From Pseudogymnoascus verrucosus (lineage: Eukaryota), in NCBI GenBank assembly GCA_001662655.1, contig KV460239.1: a DNA stretch of 64,000 nucleotides; one strand, written 5' to 3'. Every line of letters begins with the position of its first letter. Position 1 is the first letter of the stretch. Both the position numbers and the translations under genes were made by a program. This document shows positions 14,041-26,093 of this stretch, one piece after another. The notes beneath the pieces are model-generated. The model saw only the letters and a program-made list of their open reading frames with translations. It was not told the origin of the DNA and made no database searches.

Positions 14041-14639
14041 ACTTGATGTCGTCGTTTGTCACGGACAGCAATTCGTGGCGCGAAATCTGAATATAGACAC
14101 CATCCCATCTTTTCAACGCCCTCAGCCATATTCATTTGTGTTGCTTAGAACGAGAAACAAGAATATCACTACAATAACAATTATTATTTTCTAATTCCGA
14201 AGCTGTATTGCATGCTGTGATGTCAGCTTCGATCCTGGAAGATCATTGGAGTCTTAGCGTTACACAATGTGGGTTGGCTTCCCGCACGGGTGAGGATTTA
14301 GCAACGTCGTAGCGTTTGAGGTGATTAACGGCCAGGTCTTTGCTTCATTCGAATTAAGCACCGTATATGCCGCCTACGATTATTAATGGCCAAAATTCGC
14401 CTTCTGGCTTCTATGATTGGGTTTATGCGGGCGACGGTGACAGTGAGAGACATATGGGGCTGCGAGGATATTGAGGACATACAGGAAGCGGACAAGGGTT
14501 GGCCAGGGATGGTGGTTCCTTAACACGGTCATTCGTTTGATAGCATGATACCCAACCCCGGGAATCATTTGCCCATTCAAGCTGAACATTTAAACATTTG
14601 AATAATTCGTAATAGTAATACACCTCCACATATACGCTT

Positions 14640-16281
14640 CTAAATATGGTATTTGAAATCCAACTCCCAGTCTCCTGTCTTCACCTTCCTCGTATCCTCA
14701 ATCTCGCCACTTGCAATCTTCGCCTTCTTGGCCGTGCACCTCTTGATATAAACGGCCTTGCCCACAATCAACACTTGCGATAAACAGAGGATACCCAACG
14801 AGAATCCGTGGCCCAACTTATAGGGTGCTTTTCTGTAGATTTGTCCAGCCACAACTCCGGCAACATTACCCATCGACTGTTGCATGCCAATAGCGGTTGC
14901 GCGGCGGTAATGAGGCGCAATGTTTACGTTGAGCCATGCAACGTTGAGACCTGGGCCTGTGTAGACGGCAATGGCGCACAAGAAGGTGGCGAAGAACTTG
15001 ACGCTGTTGTTGGATACGAATAGAAGGAGGAGGTAGCCGATGATGCCGAAGATGTTGGCAAAGAAGATAAACTGCGACATATTAGAAATGCCAACAATGA
15101 AGGAGTGGCCGACTTACTGGACTACGGAGAGTCATCTTGTCAGAGATGTAGGCGAAACTCATGAAGCAGAGACCACCGAAAATGTAAACGGGGATTGTGA
15201 GGTATTGAGTCTGGAGTGTCGAATGCCCCATCTCCTTGAGAATGGCTGGCAAGAAGGTGCTGAAGCCATACAGAAGGATGTCTTGGCAAAATTGAATGGC
15301 GCCGCTGTTATATGGTCAGTCTATGTTGCCTCTGTATAGTTCCGTACAAACTCACCTGACATAAACCTTTGGATCTGTGGCGGCTATTTTAACCTCATCC
15401 CAACTAAAGTCCTGGCTACCGCTGTAGGCCTTGTTTCTCTCATATCGGATAGCCATAAACTCCTTCTGCTCCTTGCTCAAGAAGTAGGCATTTCCTGGAT
15501 CGTTTGGGAGACCGAAGAACACAACTACAGCGCAGACCACACTGAACAGACCCTCGATAATATAGATCCATCTGTAATAAAATATCAGTGACAGCCCATT
15601 GCGCAAGAAAGCTCGACTAACCTCCACCCTTCAAAGCCGCCAAGGCCATCCATGAACAGGATGACATATGCAAGGAGACCACCGAAAGCACCAGAAAGCG
15701 CGGCGCAGACAAACAAGTACGAAACACGCTTTGCTTGCTCATCTCTCTGATAGACCATCGTCAAGTACAGATTCAAACTGGGAAACAGACCAGCTTCGCA
15801 GGCGCCGAGAATCAATCGCGTAGCGTATAAAGAAGCAACGTTGTGAATGAATCCCGAGAAGATGGTGGCGAGTGACCAGATAACACACAGCCCGGTAATA
15901 ACATAACGAGGCGTCAATTTCTTCAAGAGGAGAGCAGATGGCGTCTCAAATGTAACGTAGGTGGCATAGAAGATGGATACAGCGATGGAGAACTGCGAGG
16001 GACTTGCACCAATGGTCTCTGGCATACCAGCTACCCCGACATTGCCTGGCTTAAGTCAGAAAGGGGTAATTTCAAGGCCTTCAAGGAAACACACCAATGT
16101 TTGAACGATCCAAAAAGCAGCAAAGGTAGACGAGCATAATGACTGGAATAAGACATAAGTCTAGCTTTGCCAGCAGCTTGACCTGCTTGGCTGGGTCGAT
16201 GTAGTGGTCATCGCGGGATTCGACCTGGCTATCGGAAACCTTTGTTTCGAGGGGCAATTCCTTTTCCTCGATGGAACCCAT
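14640..16281 (-). CDS. MFS transporter, allantoate/nicotinate permease (DAL5/TNA1, ACS) family
   Basis: MGSIEEKE.. start at 16281; motifs KLDLCLIP..LCCFLDRSNIGN, RLILGACEAGLFP, SGAFGGLLAY, GWRWIYIIEG, P..RRATAIG; several GT-AG introns. Confidence 0.92.
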
Positions 16282-16908
16282 ATTCAATGGTATGATGAAT
16301 GGGCGAGCGAGTGTAGAGTCAATGGTATTCAAAGAATGATAGACTGTTCGTGGCAAAGTTGATGATATTTGTCACGCCAACCGTTGGCTAGACCTTGTCA
16401 TATATAAGAGTTTGCGGAGGAAATGATAAAGAAAAGGATCGCCATGCTTTCCCCCACAATTCCCCGCAAATCTCCACATCTCTCCATGCGCCTCCCTATC
16501 TCGTGGTTGAGTTATCTCTTTCTAGAGGTTTTTCGGGCCCGCCCTAACAAGAGATCGGGATCTCATACCGAGCCTTATCGCCACTCTAACGCTAGTCTGA
16601 TATCGACTAAACCATGTCGATCAGGAACAGAAGATTGGCTAAAATATAACGTGGCAGTATTGATTGGCCGAAATTTTTACATTTGCGGGGTTCAACGTCA
16701 TGCGTACCTTATCGCGTCGCGGACCTTTTTCCGTCGTGGCAAGGCTGTTCGTAGTCGGCGCCGACAGAGGAGACTATCACGGTAACTCGGTTGAAGAGGC
16801 ATGATCACTGGGGGAATCACCATCAAAGTTTACATTGCTCATCCCTAGGCCGAACCGCCACTCTCGGCCTACAATGCCCGTCGATATCTCAAGGAGCCAT
16901 CGATCGGA

Positions 16909-19342
16909 ATGTCATCTATACCAGAGTCGGGGGGGCACATAAGGCGGGCACCCATCGCGTGAGGTCTTTCCAGGAACGTTTTGCTTGACACATACTGAGT
17001 CGTAGCAGCTGCAATAGATGTAGAAAACGAAAGACGAAATGTCTGGGTGGAGTTCCTTGCAGAACTTGCGCCATATCAAGACAAGATTGTATCTATCCAA
17101 ACTCGCAGAAGAAGGTGTTGGTCTCGGAAGGGTGGGTGTCTTCATTTCCATCTCTAGCGTTCAGTTATGCTGAACTTTAATAGTTACCTCCTTGACCTAG
17201 AGGCTCGAATCAAAGCGTATGAGACCAAGGCCGAAGAAGCCTCAGTGACTCCAAGCTCTGTCGCTGCCACATCTGAAATACTGGATGCCGAAAGCGTTAC
17301 CGCGGAATCCTCTGCTCCTCTTCAACTTACCATCAGTCGTGACACTGACAAGGATGATATTGATAAGAACCCACTGATTGAAGGGACGGCGCATCTTGTG
17401 CTGAGCCCCGGAGGAGGAGAGCGCCGTAAGTACTGCAGCACAATATATGAGAATAAGGCTTATAATATACTAGAGTATCTCGGGGATTCGTCGTCCACAA
17501 GTCTTGGATTGAGGTTCCAGGACTTTATTAAAACCTTTCAGTCAGAACTCAATAACGTAGTCGAGTTCGATGCGCCCACCCAAAGCCGTACGAATTTCTC
17601 CATTCGTCGTAATTCGTTTCAGGACGGCCAGCCCAAGATCTCGCTGCCTCCTTTCGCATTCGCAAAGCGTCTCTATGCCGCACAGTATGCCTATCTTGGG
17701 ACCATCTTCTCCTTCACAGATATGGATCTGTTCGAAGAGAGCCTGCGTGAAATATATGATAGGCCGGTGGATGTATCCGACAAGGATGATTGCCTTGTCT
17801 ATTGCGAAGTACTGCTCACGTTGGCCTTTGGTCAAATGTACTCTGTCAATCAATGGACAAGCAACGATGGACCTCCTGGATTTGAGTATTTTCAACAAGC
17901 AATGCAGCTGCTTCCGGGTCTTCATGAGCAAGGATCTGTGACATTCATCAAAGTTCTATCCCTGGTTGGATATTTCTTCCAGAATCTGAATCGTCGAGAC
18001 GCAGCATTTCTCTATGTAAGCCACAGCCCCCTTTCGTGTAGTACTGGCTAATATAGACAGATTGGCTTGGCATTGCGTATGGCCATATCAATGGGGTTAC
18101 ATCAGGAAGTCCCCGATCAGAATCTCGACGACAGGGCTCGAGAACATCGGCGGCGACTGTGGTGGTCTGTGTACAGCATGGATAGGTAGGAAGACTGTCA
18201 GGTTGTTAAATGCCTGCTAATATTCCCAGGATTCTTTGTGTCAAATCTGGCAACCCATTGACAATTGCCGACCAGGACATTGGAGTTCTGCCTCCGTCAA
18301 GACTGGTAAGTTTCAAATTCACACACAAAACCCTTACTAACCAAATCAGCCCGACGAACCTGAAATGTGCCCAGCTACCGTCCTGTTACATTATACAGAG
18401 CTGTCACGAATACTAGGAAAGATAATGATAAGTAAGTTATCCTTGGCTCTCGGAAGTACGAAACTAACTATGAAAGATCTATATCGAAGGACACGCACAG
18501 AAAACTACAGTCTTGTCAGCTCTGTACAGGCCATTCTTACTGACTTGTCGAATTGGCACACAAACCTTCCTCAGGTGCTTCATTTTGACTTTACTAAACT
18601 TGACAAGGAAATCTCTCGTGAGGCGGTTTCGATATATCTACACTATTCGCAGTGTATTAATATGACTGCTCGGCCGCTTGTATTCCACGTTGTTCGAAGC
18701 CAGCTTCAAAGCAAAGAATCAAAAAACCACACAAGCGATTGGAACACTGGACTGTCTCCAACTACAATAGCAGTCATTGATACCTGCATTTCAGCAGCAC
18801 GGAATAGTATTGCAATCATGTCTACAGCTTCCAAACAGAATCTGATAGGTAAGACATGCAAGTCGCATTCTGAATTACACAATCTAACATAACTAGCAAC
18901 GTACGGCTACATGGATGGCGAACACGCTTTCTCGGCGGCAATCATCCTCGTCATGGTCAATATCGCCTTCCCGTACAACGCCCGAGACCGCGCTGCCATG
19001 AATATGGCGTTAGAGGTCCTGAATGGAATTGCCGACAAGGGCAATGCGCATATCAAATCATTGCATCGACTTCTGCTTAGCTTATACCCTATGACGAGAT
19101 TGGAGAATTCCGATGAGTCTGTGATCCAGAAACAAGCTCCAGAAGCTCTTGCACCACAACCAGATCCATTCGCAGCATTCTTGTCGCAGATAGATGGCGA
19201 CAACGCCAACGCTGGCATATTTTCCAACATAGATACGAATTTGTTTGAGGCAGCTGGCGCGGGAGACGAAAGGATTTGGGAGGAGGGGTTTGAATTTTTT
19301 GATGCGAATATGGATTTTGATTGGACACAGTGGAACAGCTAA
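16909..19342 (+). CDS. Zn(II)2Cys6 transcription factor with fungal-specific TF (Fungal_trans) domain
   Basis: Spliced N-terminus MSSIPESGGHIRRAPIA|CNRCRKRKTKCLGGVPCRTCAISRQDCIY (six Cys); middle region IGLALRMAISMGLHQE..RRRLWWSVYSMDR; acidic C-terminal tail. Confidence 0.9.
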
Positions 19343-20190
19343 ATCTTCTCGACGACATCATCTTCCATCACATCTATCACTAACATATGCCCTGGGGCAT
19401 GTCCCATCACTCGACCCGGCAATTGCGCCTTCATAACCGCAAGCTGGGGCGTAACACCACATCCCCAGAATACTGGTACAATCTCGTCGTCCGCTGGGTC
19501 AAGATCCAGCGGCATATCACCAAACTCGGGTGCATTGATATCTTTGATCCCCAACTTCTCCACCGCATCCCAGCCCCATGCAACAGGCTCGCCATGGGTG
19601 CTTACATACGGCCTCGTCAGCTCCCGAACCTTCTCGACATCCGCCCTCCTGTACGGCCGCATGCTGACCACGTAAGTTCCGCCAGTAAACACGCCCGCAG
19701 CGCAGAGCGGTATATTCGTCGCATACATGGGGACATTGCGGCCCATGGCCGTATGCCTCGGCGGCAGACCAGCTGCTGTCAAGGCGGCCTCAAAACTGTA
19801 GCTGCAGCCTATAAGGAATGCGACGTGGTCATCCGTCCACTCCTTAGCAATATCTGAGCAGTGTGACTTGACCAGCTTGCCATCGTCATATACCATGTAT
19901 AATGGGACGTCTGTGCAAATATCAAGCGCTGACGCGATCGCGGCATCAGAGATTCCAGGCAAGTGAGACTTCAGGGCCGTGGCGGACCCTGGTGTGCGTG
20001 AAGAGGCGAGTAGTGGGCATGGGACTGGGTTGCGATGACACAGAAGCAGAAAGTCGGATGCGAAGCGGGAGGGTAGGATAATTAAGTTTGCTTGCAGATA
20101 TTTAGGGGCGAGACCTGATGTCAGGGTTATTTTATTGTTGCGAGCGAGGAGGCGGGTTGAAAGAGCTGCATTATTGCCGGATTCGATCAT
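19339..20190 (-). CDS. DUF1445/UPF0317 putative hydro-lyase (D-glutamate cyclase / B. subtilis YcsI-like), intronless
   Basis: Family motifs TSGLAPKYLQANLIILP, FLLLCHRNPVPCPLL, DICTDVPLY, FLIGCSYSFE, NVPMYATN, VVSMRP, HGEPV, PVFWGCGVTPQ, HAPGHMLVID. Confidence 0.92.
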   Translation of the reverse strand: MIESGNNAALSTRLLARNNKITLTSGLAPKYLQANLIILPSRFASDFLLLCHRNPVPCPLLASSRTPGSATALKSHLPGISDAAIASALDICTDVPLYMVYDDGKLVKSHCSDIAKEWTDDHVAFLIGCSYSFEAALTAAGLPPRHTAMGRNVPMYATNIPLCAAGVFTGGTYVVSMRPYRRADVEKVRELTRPYVSTHGEPVAWGWDAVEKLGIKDINAPEFGDMPLDLDPADDEIVPVFWGCGVTPQLAVMKAQLPGRVMGHAPGHMLVIDVMEDDVVEKI

Positions 20191-20897
20191 TTTGAGGGTG
20201 AAGAAACAATATGCACGTAGCTTTCAATACAAAGTCCTGTCAAAGCATATATACATAACTATGCCGAGAAGTTAGGATATCCACATCTCCTCTCCCCGTC
20301 TATGCCTCCGCTGCCGGCCCCATGGCACCGGACTCTTTCCGCTGAATCGCACGAGACAGTATACAAATTTTGGCTTAATCATTTATCATTTGCGGGGATA
20401 AAAGTGCGGGTCAGGAACGCCCGAGGAAAATCTACTCCAGTTTTTTATTCCGCTGTGATGGTTGTTATACCCCGTCCGCCCTTCCATGGTACGCGGCCGG
20501 CCGGAGACCGTGCCGCCCTAGCGCGATCGGCTTCAGATCCCGATCGTAAATGTCCACCTCGTCATGCATTTGACCCCTCCGATGGGATATGCCCACGTTC
20601 TCCCCGCAATTCAACTGCCAAAGAAGAACTCGTTTGTAACCGGAAGCAACTGTAAGTGTAGTATTCGCCCGTTTCGTGGGTCTCTTGTGGCAACCCGGTA
20701 TCAGGATCCGATCATATGGTGCCGGAAGTTATGTTGCCGGAGCTTGCGTGCTGATGGTGACCTTAGGTGATTAGTTATAACTTAGCCTCTCCCCCCGCAC
20801 CCCATATTTCAGTACATGCCATTAAATCTTGTTTTCTTGTACTCTCTTTGATTGTTCTGCCCGACTGTTTTTTAGATTCCATATTATACCCCTCAAC

Positions 20898-23800
20898 ATG
20901 ACAGTGGGACAACACCAGCCAGCGGCCGGAAGGCTACGGATATCCATCGATCGCGGTGGAACTTTCACCGATGTCCACGCCTCGGTGCCTGGCCGCAGCG
21001 ACATTATCTTGAAGCTGTTGTCCGTCGACCCTGGAAACTACCAAGATGCCCCAACCGAAGGCATCAGGCGAGTTCTCGAAATCGCGACAGGCAGGACCCT
21101 GCCCCGCGGCGAGTTGCTCGACTTAACCCCAATCGAGTCCCTGAGAATGGGAACGACGGTTGCTACCAACGCATTATTAGAGAGAAAGGGTGCTCGCTCA
21201 GCACTCCTCATCACACGCGGATTCAAGGATCTGCTGGTCATTGGAAACCAATCACGACCAAACATCTTCGATCTCTCAGTCTCAAAACCAGACGTGCTGT
21301 CTGAAAAGGTTGTTGAGATTGACGAGCGCATCACACTCGAGGGATATGCCGAGAACCAAAACCCCGAACCTATTGAGGAGTCGGAAGATGTTGTTCGAGG
21401 AATTACTGGGGAGCATGTGCGAATTATCACCAAGCCGGATATGGAGGCTGTAAATGCACAGCTGCTCCAGTTGAAGGAAGAGGGATACAGGTCGATATCG
21501 GTTGTCCTACTTCACTCATATACCTACCCCCATCACGAAAATTTGATCGGGAACGCAGCTGTAAAGATGGGCTTCTCAGTTGCCTTATCATCGGCCCTAC
21601 AGCCTATGATCAAGGTTGTTCCCCGTGGAATGAGCGCCACGGCAGATGCATACCTCACACCAGTTATCAAAAACTACATCGACTCGATCTCTTCAAACTT
21701 CCAAGGCGGTCTTGCCTCGAAGACCACCCGAGTCGAGTTCATGCAGTCGGATGGTGGCCTTGTTGATTTCCGCAAATTTAGCGGACTGAAGGCGATCTTG
21801 TCTGGTCCAGCTGGTGGTGTTGTTGGCTATGCCCAAACTTCATACGATGCTGCCGAGAAGGTTCCTGTTATTGGCTTCGATATGGGAGGAACTTCGACTG
21901 ATGTGTCGAGATATTCGGGCACATACGACCACGTATTTGAGACCACAACAGCTGGCGTGTCTATTCAATCGCCACAATTAGATATCAACACCGTTGCAGC
22001 AGGCGGTGGATCCATGCTCTTCTGGAAGAACGGCCTGTTCGTTGTTGGCCCCGAGTCCGCATCAGCCCACCCTGGGCCGGCATGCTACAGAAAGGGCGGA
22101 CCTCTTACAGTCACCGATGCCAATCTCTTCCTAGGCAGACTCCTACCCGAGTACTTCCCAAAAATCTTCGGCCCCAACGAAAACGAGCCTCTTGATGTGG
22201 CTATCACGGGAGAAAAGTTTGCTGAACTTACTGCCGTTATCAACGAGGAACAGAAGTCAAACGGACGCATCGAATTTACCCCTGAGGAGGTCGCTCTCGG
22301 TTTCTTGAATGTTGCCGATGAGTCTATGTCGCGCCCTATCCGAGCATTGACTGAGGCTCGTGGCCACAACACTGCGGTTCACAACCTTGCTTGCTTTGGT
22401 GGTGCTGGTGGCCAGCATGCATGCTCTGTGGCTGCTGTTCTTGGTATTTCCAGAATCATCATTCACAAATACTCTTCTATCCTCTCTGCTTACGGAATGG
22501 CATTGGCGGATGTGGTCAACGAGGTTCAACAGCCTGCTGCTGATGTTTTCAACGACACAACTCAAGACATGTTCCAGTCGAAGCTAGAGGCGCTTGTTAA
22601 GCAGTCCACAGAAGACCTAGAGTCTCAAGGATTTGCAGGCAAGGATATCCACCATGAGCTGTATCTGAATATGCGTCATGCTGGTACAAGCACCTCTTTC
22701 ATGATCCTCAAGGGTGGGGATTGGAACTTTGCTTCCGAGTTTGAGAAGAGGCATCTGATAGAATTCGGCTTCTTGACAAAGGATAAGGCTATTCTTGTCG
22801 ACGATATTCGTGTCAGGAGCACTGGTTCTTCATCTCACGGGAAGGAGAAGAGCCCTTACATGCAGGTGAGTCAAAGTATCCCTTCGAAGACGAACTAGCT
22901 AATAGATACGTAGATGAAAGAAGTTGTGCCAAAGAAGGTTTCCGAACAGAAGAGCCAAGGAATTTCCAAGGTTTACTTCGGTTCATCCAAAGGATCCGTC
23001 GACACTCCCATCTACAAGCTTGAGGATCTTGAGGTTGGCTCACAGATTAAGGGCCCTGCAATGATTATTGATAAGACTCAAACCATTGTCCTTGTTCCCG
23101 AAGCTGTGGCGAATATCCTCGAACGATGCGTATTGATCGATCTGAAGGAGAAGCCAAATGTTGATGTTACTTTCGAATCTATGGATACGAGCATCAACCC
23201 TATCCAGCTGTCCATTTTCGGCAACAGATTCATGTCGATTGCTGAGCAGATGGGACGAACTCTCCAAAAGACCTCCGTTTCCACCAACATCAAGGAGCGT
23301 CTCGACTTTTCTTGCGCGTTATTCTCTCCTGATGGAGGCCTGGTCGCCAATGCACCCCACGTTCCAGTGCATCTTGGCTCCATGCAATTTGCCGTCCGAT
23401 ACCAACACAAGTACTGGGCTGGAAAGCTCGTGGAAGGCGATGTTCTCGTCTCAAACCACCCAACATGTGGAGGAACTCATTTGCCAGATATTACTGTCAT
23501 TACACCCGTATTTGAGAATGGCGAGATTGTCTTTTACGTTGCATCCAGAGGACACCACGCAGATATCGGTGGTTCCCTCCCTGGATCGATGCCTCCGACT
23601 AGCAACCAGCTGTGGCAGGAGGGTGCTGCCATTGAGGCAGAGAAGCTCGTTAGCGGTGGTCATTTCAACGAGGAGAGAATGATTGAGTTGCTCCTGAAGG
23701 AGCCCGCCAAGTTCGAAGGCTGCTCAGGAACTAGATGCCTCCAAGACAACCTGTCTGACTTGCGCGCCCAGGTAGCAGCAAACCAGAGAGGAATCTCGCT

Positions 23801-24881
23801 CATCAATGGCCTGATCAAGGAGTACGGCTTGAAGTGCGTCCACAACTACATGTACGCGATCCAAAGCACGGCCGAAATCGCTGTCCGCGAGCTCCTCAAA
23901 TCGACCTCAGAGAACCTCGGTTCTGTGTTGGAAGCAGTAGATTGCATGGATGACGGAACTCCAATCGCGTTGAAGGTCACCATCGACGCCGCCAAGGGCG
24001 AGGCCATCTTCGACTTCGCCGGAACTGGCAGTGAAGTATTCGGCAACACCAATGCCCCTACTGCGATCACACACTCCGCAATCATCTACTGTCTACGTGC
24101 GCTCATCAAATCCGATATCCCGCTCAACCAGGGCTGCCTGAACCCGATTGACATCCGCATCCCCGCCCACTCTCTCCTGTCGCCATCGAAGACCGCTGGC
24201 GTTGTGGGTGGAAACGTGCTCACCTCCCAGCGTATCACCGACGTCATCCTGAAGGCTTTCCGCGCCTGCGCCGCCTCGCAGGGCTGCTGCAACAACCTGA
24301 CCTTTGGCACAGGCGGCAAGGGAGAGGACGGAAACCACGTCGACGGCTTCGGTTACTACGAGACAATTGCAGGTGGTGTTGGTGCCGGCCCTACTTGGGA
24401 CGGACAGAGCGGTCTGCACACCCACATGACGAACACGCGTATCACGGACCCGGAGATCTTCGAGAAGCGATACCCATGTATCCTGCGCGAGTTCTCGCTG
24501 AGAGAGGGCTCTGGTGGCGTCGGTCTGCACCGCGGTGGCGATGGCGTAGTTCGCGATATCGAGTTCCTGGTCCCGGTTCAGTGCTCTATTCTGTCTGAGC
24601 GCCGCAGTCATCGCCCGTACGGGTTGGAGGGCGGCGGGCCGGGTGCTCTGGGCAGGAATGACTGGGTTAGGCAAGGCGAGGATGGCGAGAGCAGAGTCAA
24701 CCTTGGAGGAAAGGCAACGGTCAAGATGGCCAAGGGTGATAGGATCGTGATTAACACGCCAGGTGGTGGTGCTTGGGGGTCTGAGACTGCAGAGAAGGTC
24801 AAGACGAATGGTGTTCAGAAGGAGGTATTCGTCGCGAAGGGGTCGGTCGATCGTTATAAGACGAGACAGGAGACGAATTAA
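20898..24881 (+). CDS. OXP1: ATP-dependent 5-oxoprolinase (hydantoinase A + B fusion)
   Basis: [101 protein letters not shown]; one 48-nt intron at 22866-22913. Confidence 0.97.
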
Positions 24882-26093
24882 AGCGTGCAATTATTTTATT
24901 ATAATATAACTTAGAAATATATCCCATTTTGTAAAATTTCCCAAATAGGCTCTAAGGTCGTAGGAGACTGTGATACATATTAAAGATGCGAGAGCATGTC
25001 ATAGTGAAATATTATAAGAGGACCTTTATATATCCTGATTGTGAATAATCAAAAGTTGTTCGTCTAATGTGAGTCTATTATTACGGGGGTGAAGGAGGGG
25101 GTTTATAGTGAAGGGAATAAAATACGGTTTCTAGTATAATAACATTTCACAACAGTTCTATATTGAGATACTGCCCGATCAGAGAAATGGTAAGTCTGCT
25201 TGTGTCGTGTCATCGAATCTTTTAACAGGTGTATGACTGAGTCTTCTTCGAAAAATCGAGGCCGCCTTTGACACCGGCGACATAGTCTTTGTCCTAGACA
25301 AGCCGGCCCTGGGAGGGGATATTGTATGGAGGTGTATACTACTTAACCAGGATAATGCATCACACGAGTATATGAAGCCTGGAAAGTGGAGGGAGCTTGA
25401 CGGGAAGGGAGTCAGATGTCTGGTAGCTGTCACCCATTTGCCGCCTGCTCCTGTCGTTACTCCCTGTCACCGTTTACCTGCTGCTGTCGTTACACCGTTC
25501 TCGTCGCTCTCGGCTGCCGATGCCCACTACTATCAACAAGGCCATTTGCCACGGCTGGCCCGGATCTGTCTGTCGAGAACTTTATCATCCATAGATCGCA
25601 GTCCTATCATTATATATCTGTTTTGCGTCTGTCCGAAGTCCCATCATGGCAAGCGTCGATCGGTCGAGAGCGTCGACAATATATCATCTCTATACAGCCT
25701 CGCCTGACTCCCGGACGGCATCCACAACAAGTCGATTCCCCGCCAGCTGAGCATCCTGAAAAGTCCTCAACTCTTCTTTTGTGCTCTTATCACACGCTCA
25801 GGTGTGGCTTCTTGTGAGAAGGCATCGCCGAAATACTCGAATGTTTCTCCTCGACTCAGAGTCCAACACTACTCAACCATCCCTAGCACACACAACACCT
25901 CATGGGCCGAAAAGCATAAAATAATGTCATTTTCGTTTCTTCTATGTGTACATAAATGTAGATAAAAACGTGTTGTAGCAACACAAAGCTCGAAAGTTAT
26001 TACCATCTCCTCCCTCCTTTACCCAGCACCATCGTCAACATCACTGTCGTCGTTGCCGACGCCGCCGCTGAAAGCAAGCAGCACCACACCCAC

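Larger units (their letters stand above)
16462..20610. promoter_or_regulatory. Repeated CreA/Mig1-type SYGGGG sites with AT-rich flank in both divergent promoters of the cluster
   Basis: ATTTGCGGGG at 16462-16471 (-), 16681-16690 (+) and 20388-20397 (+); ATTGCGGGGA at 20601-20610 (-). Confidence 0.5.

Noticed and set aside
25380..25850. Short ctgtc-rich repeats and ORFs between OXP1 and the CHAP gene
   Set aside because: Too degenerate; no terminal repeats or transposase similarity seen
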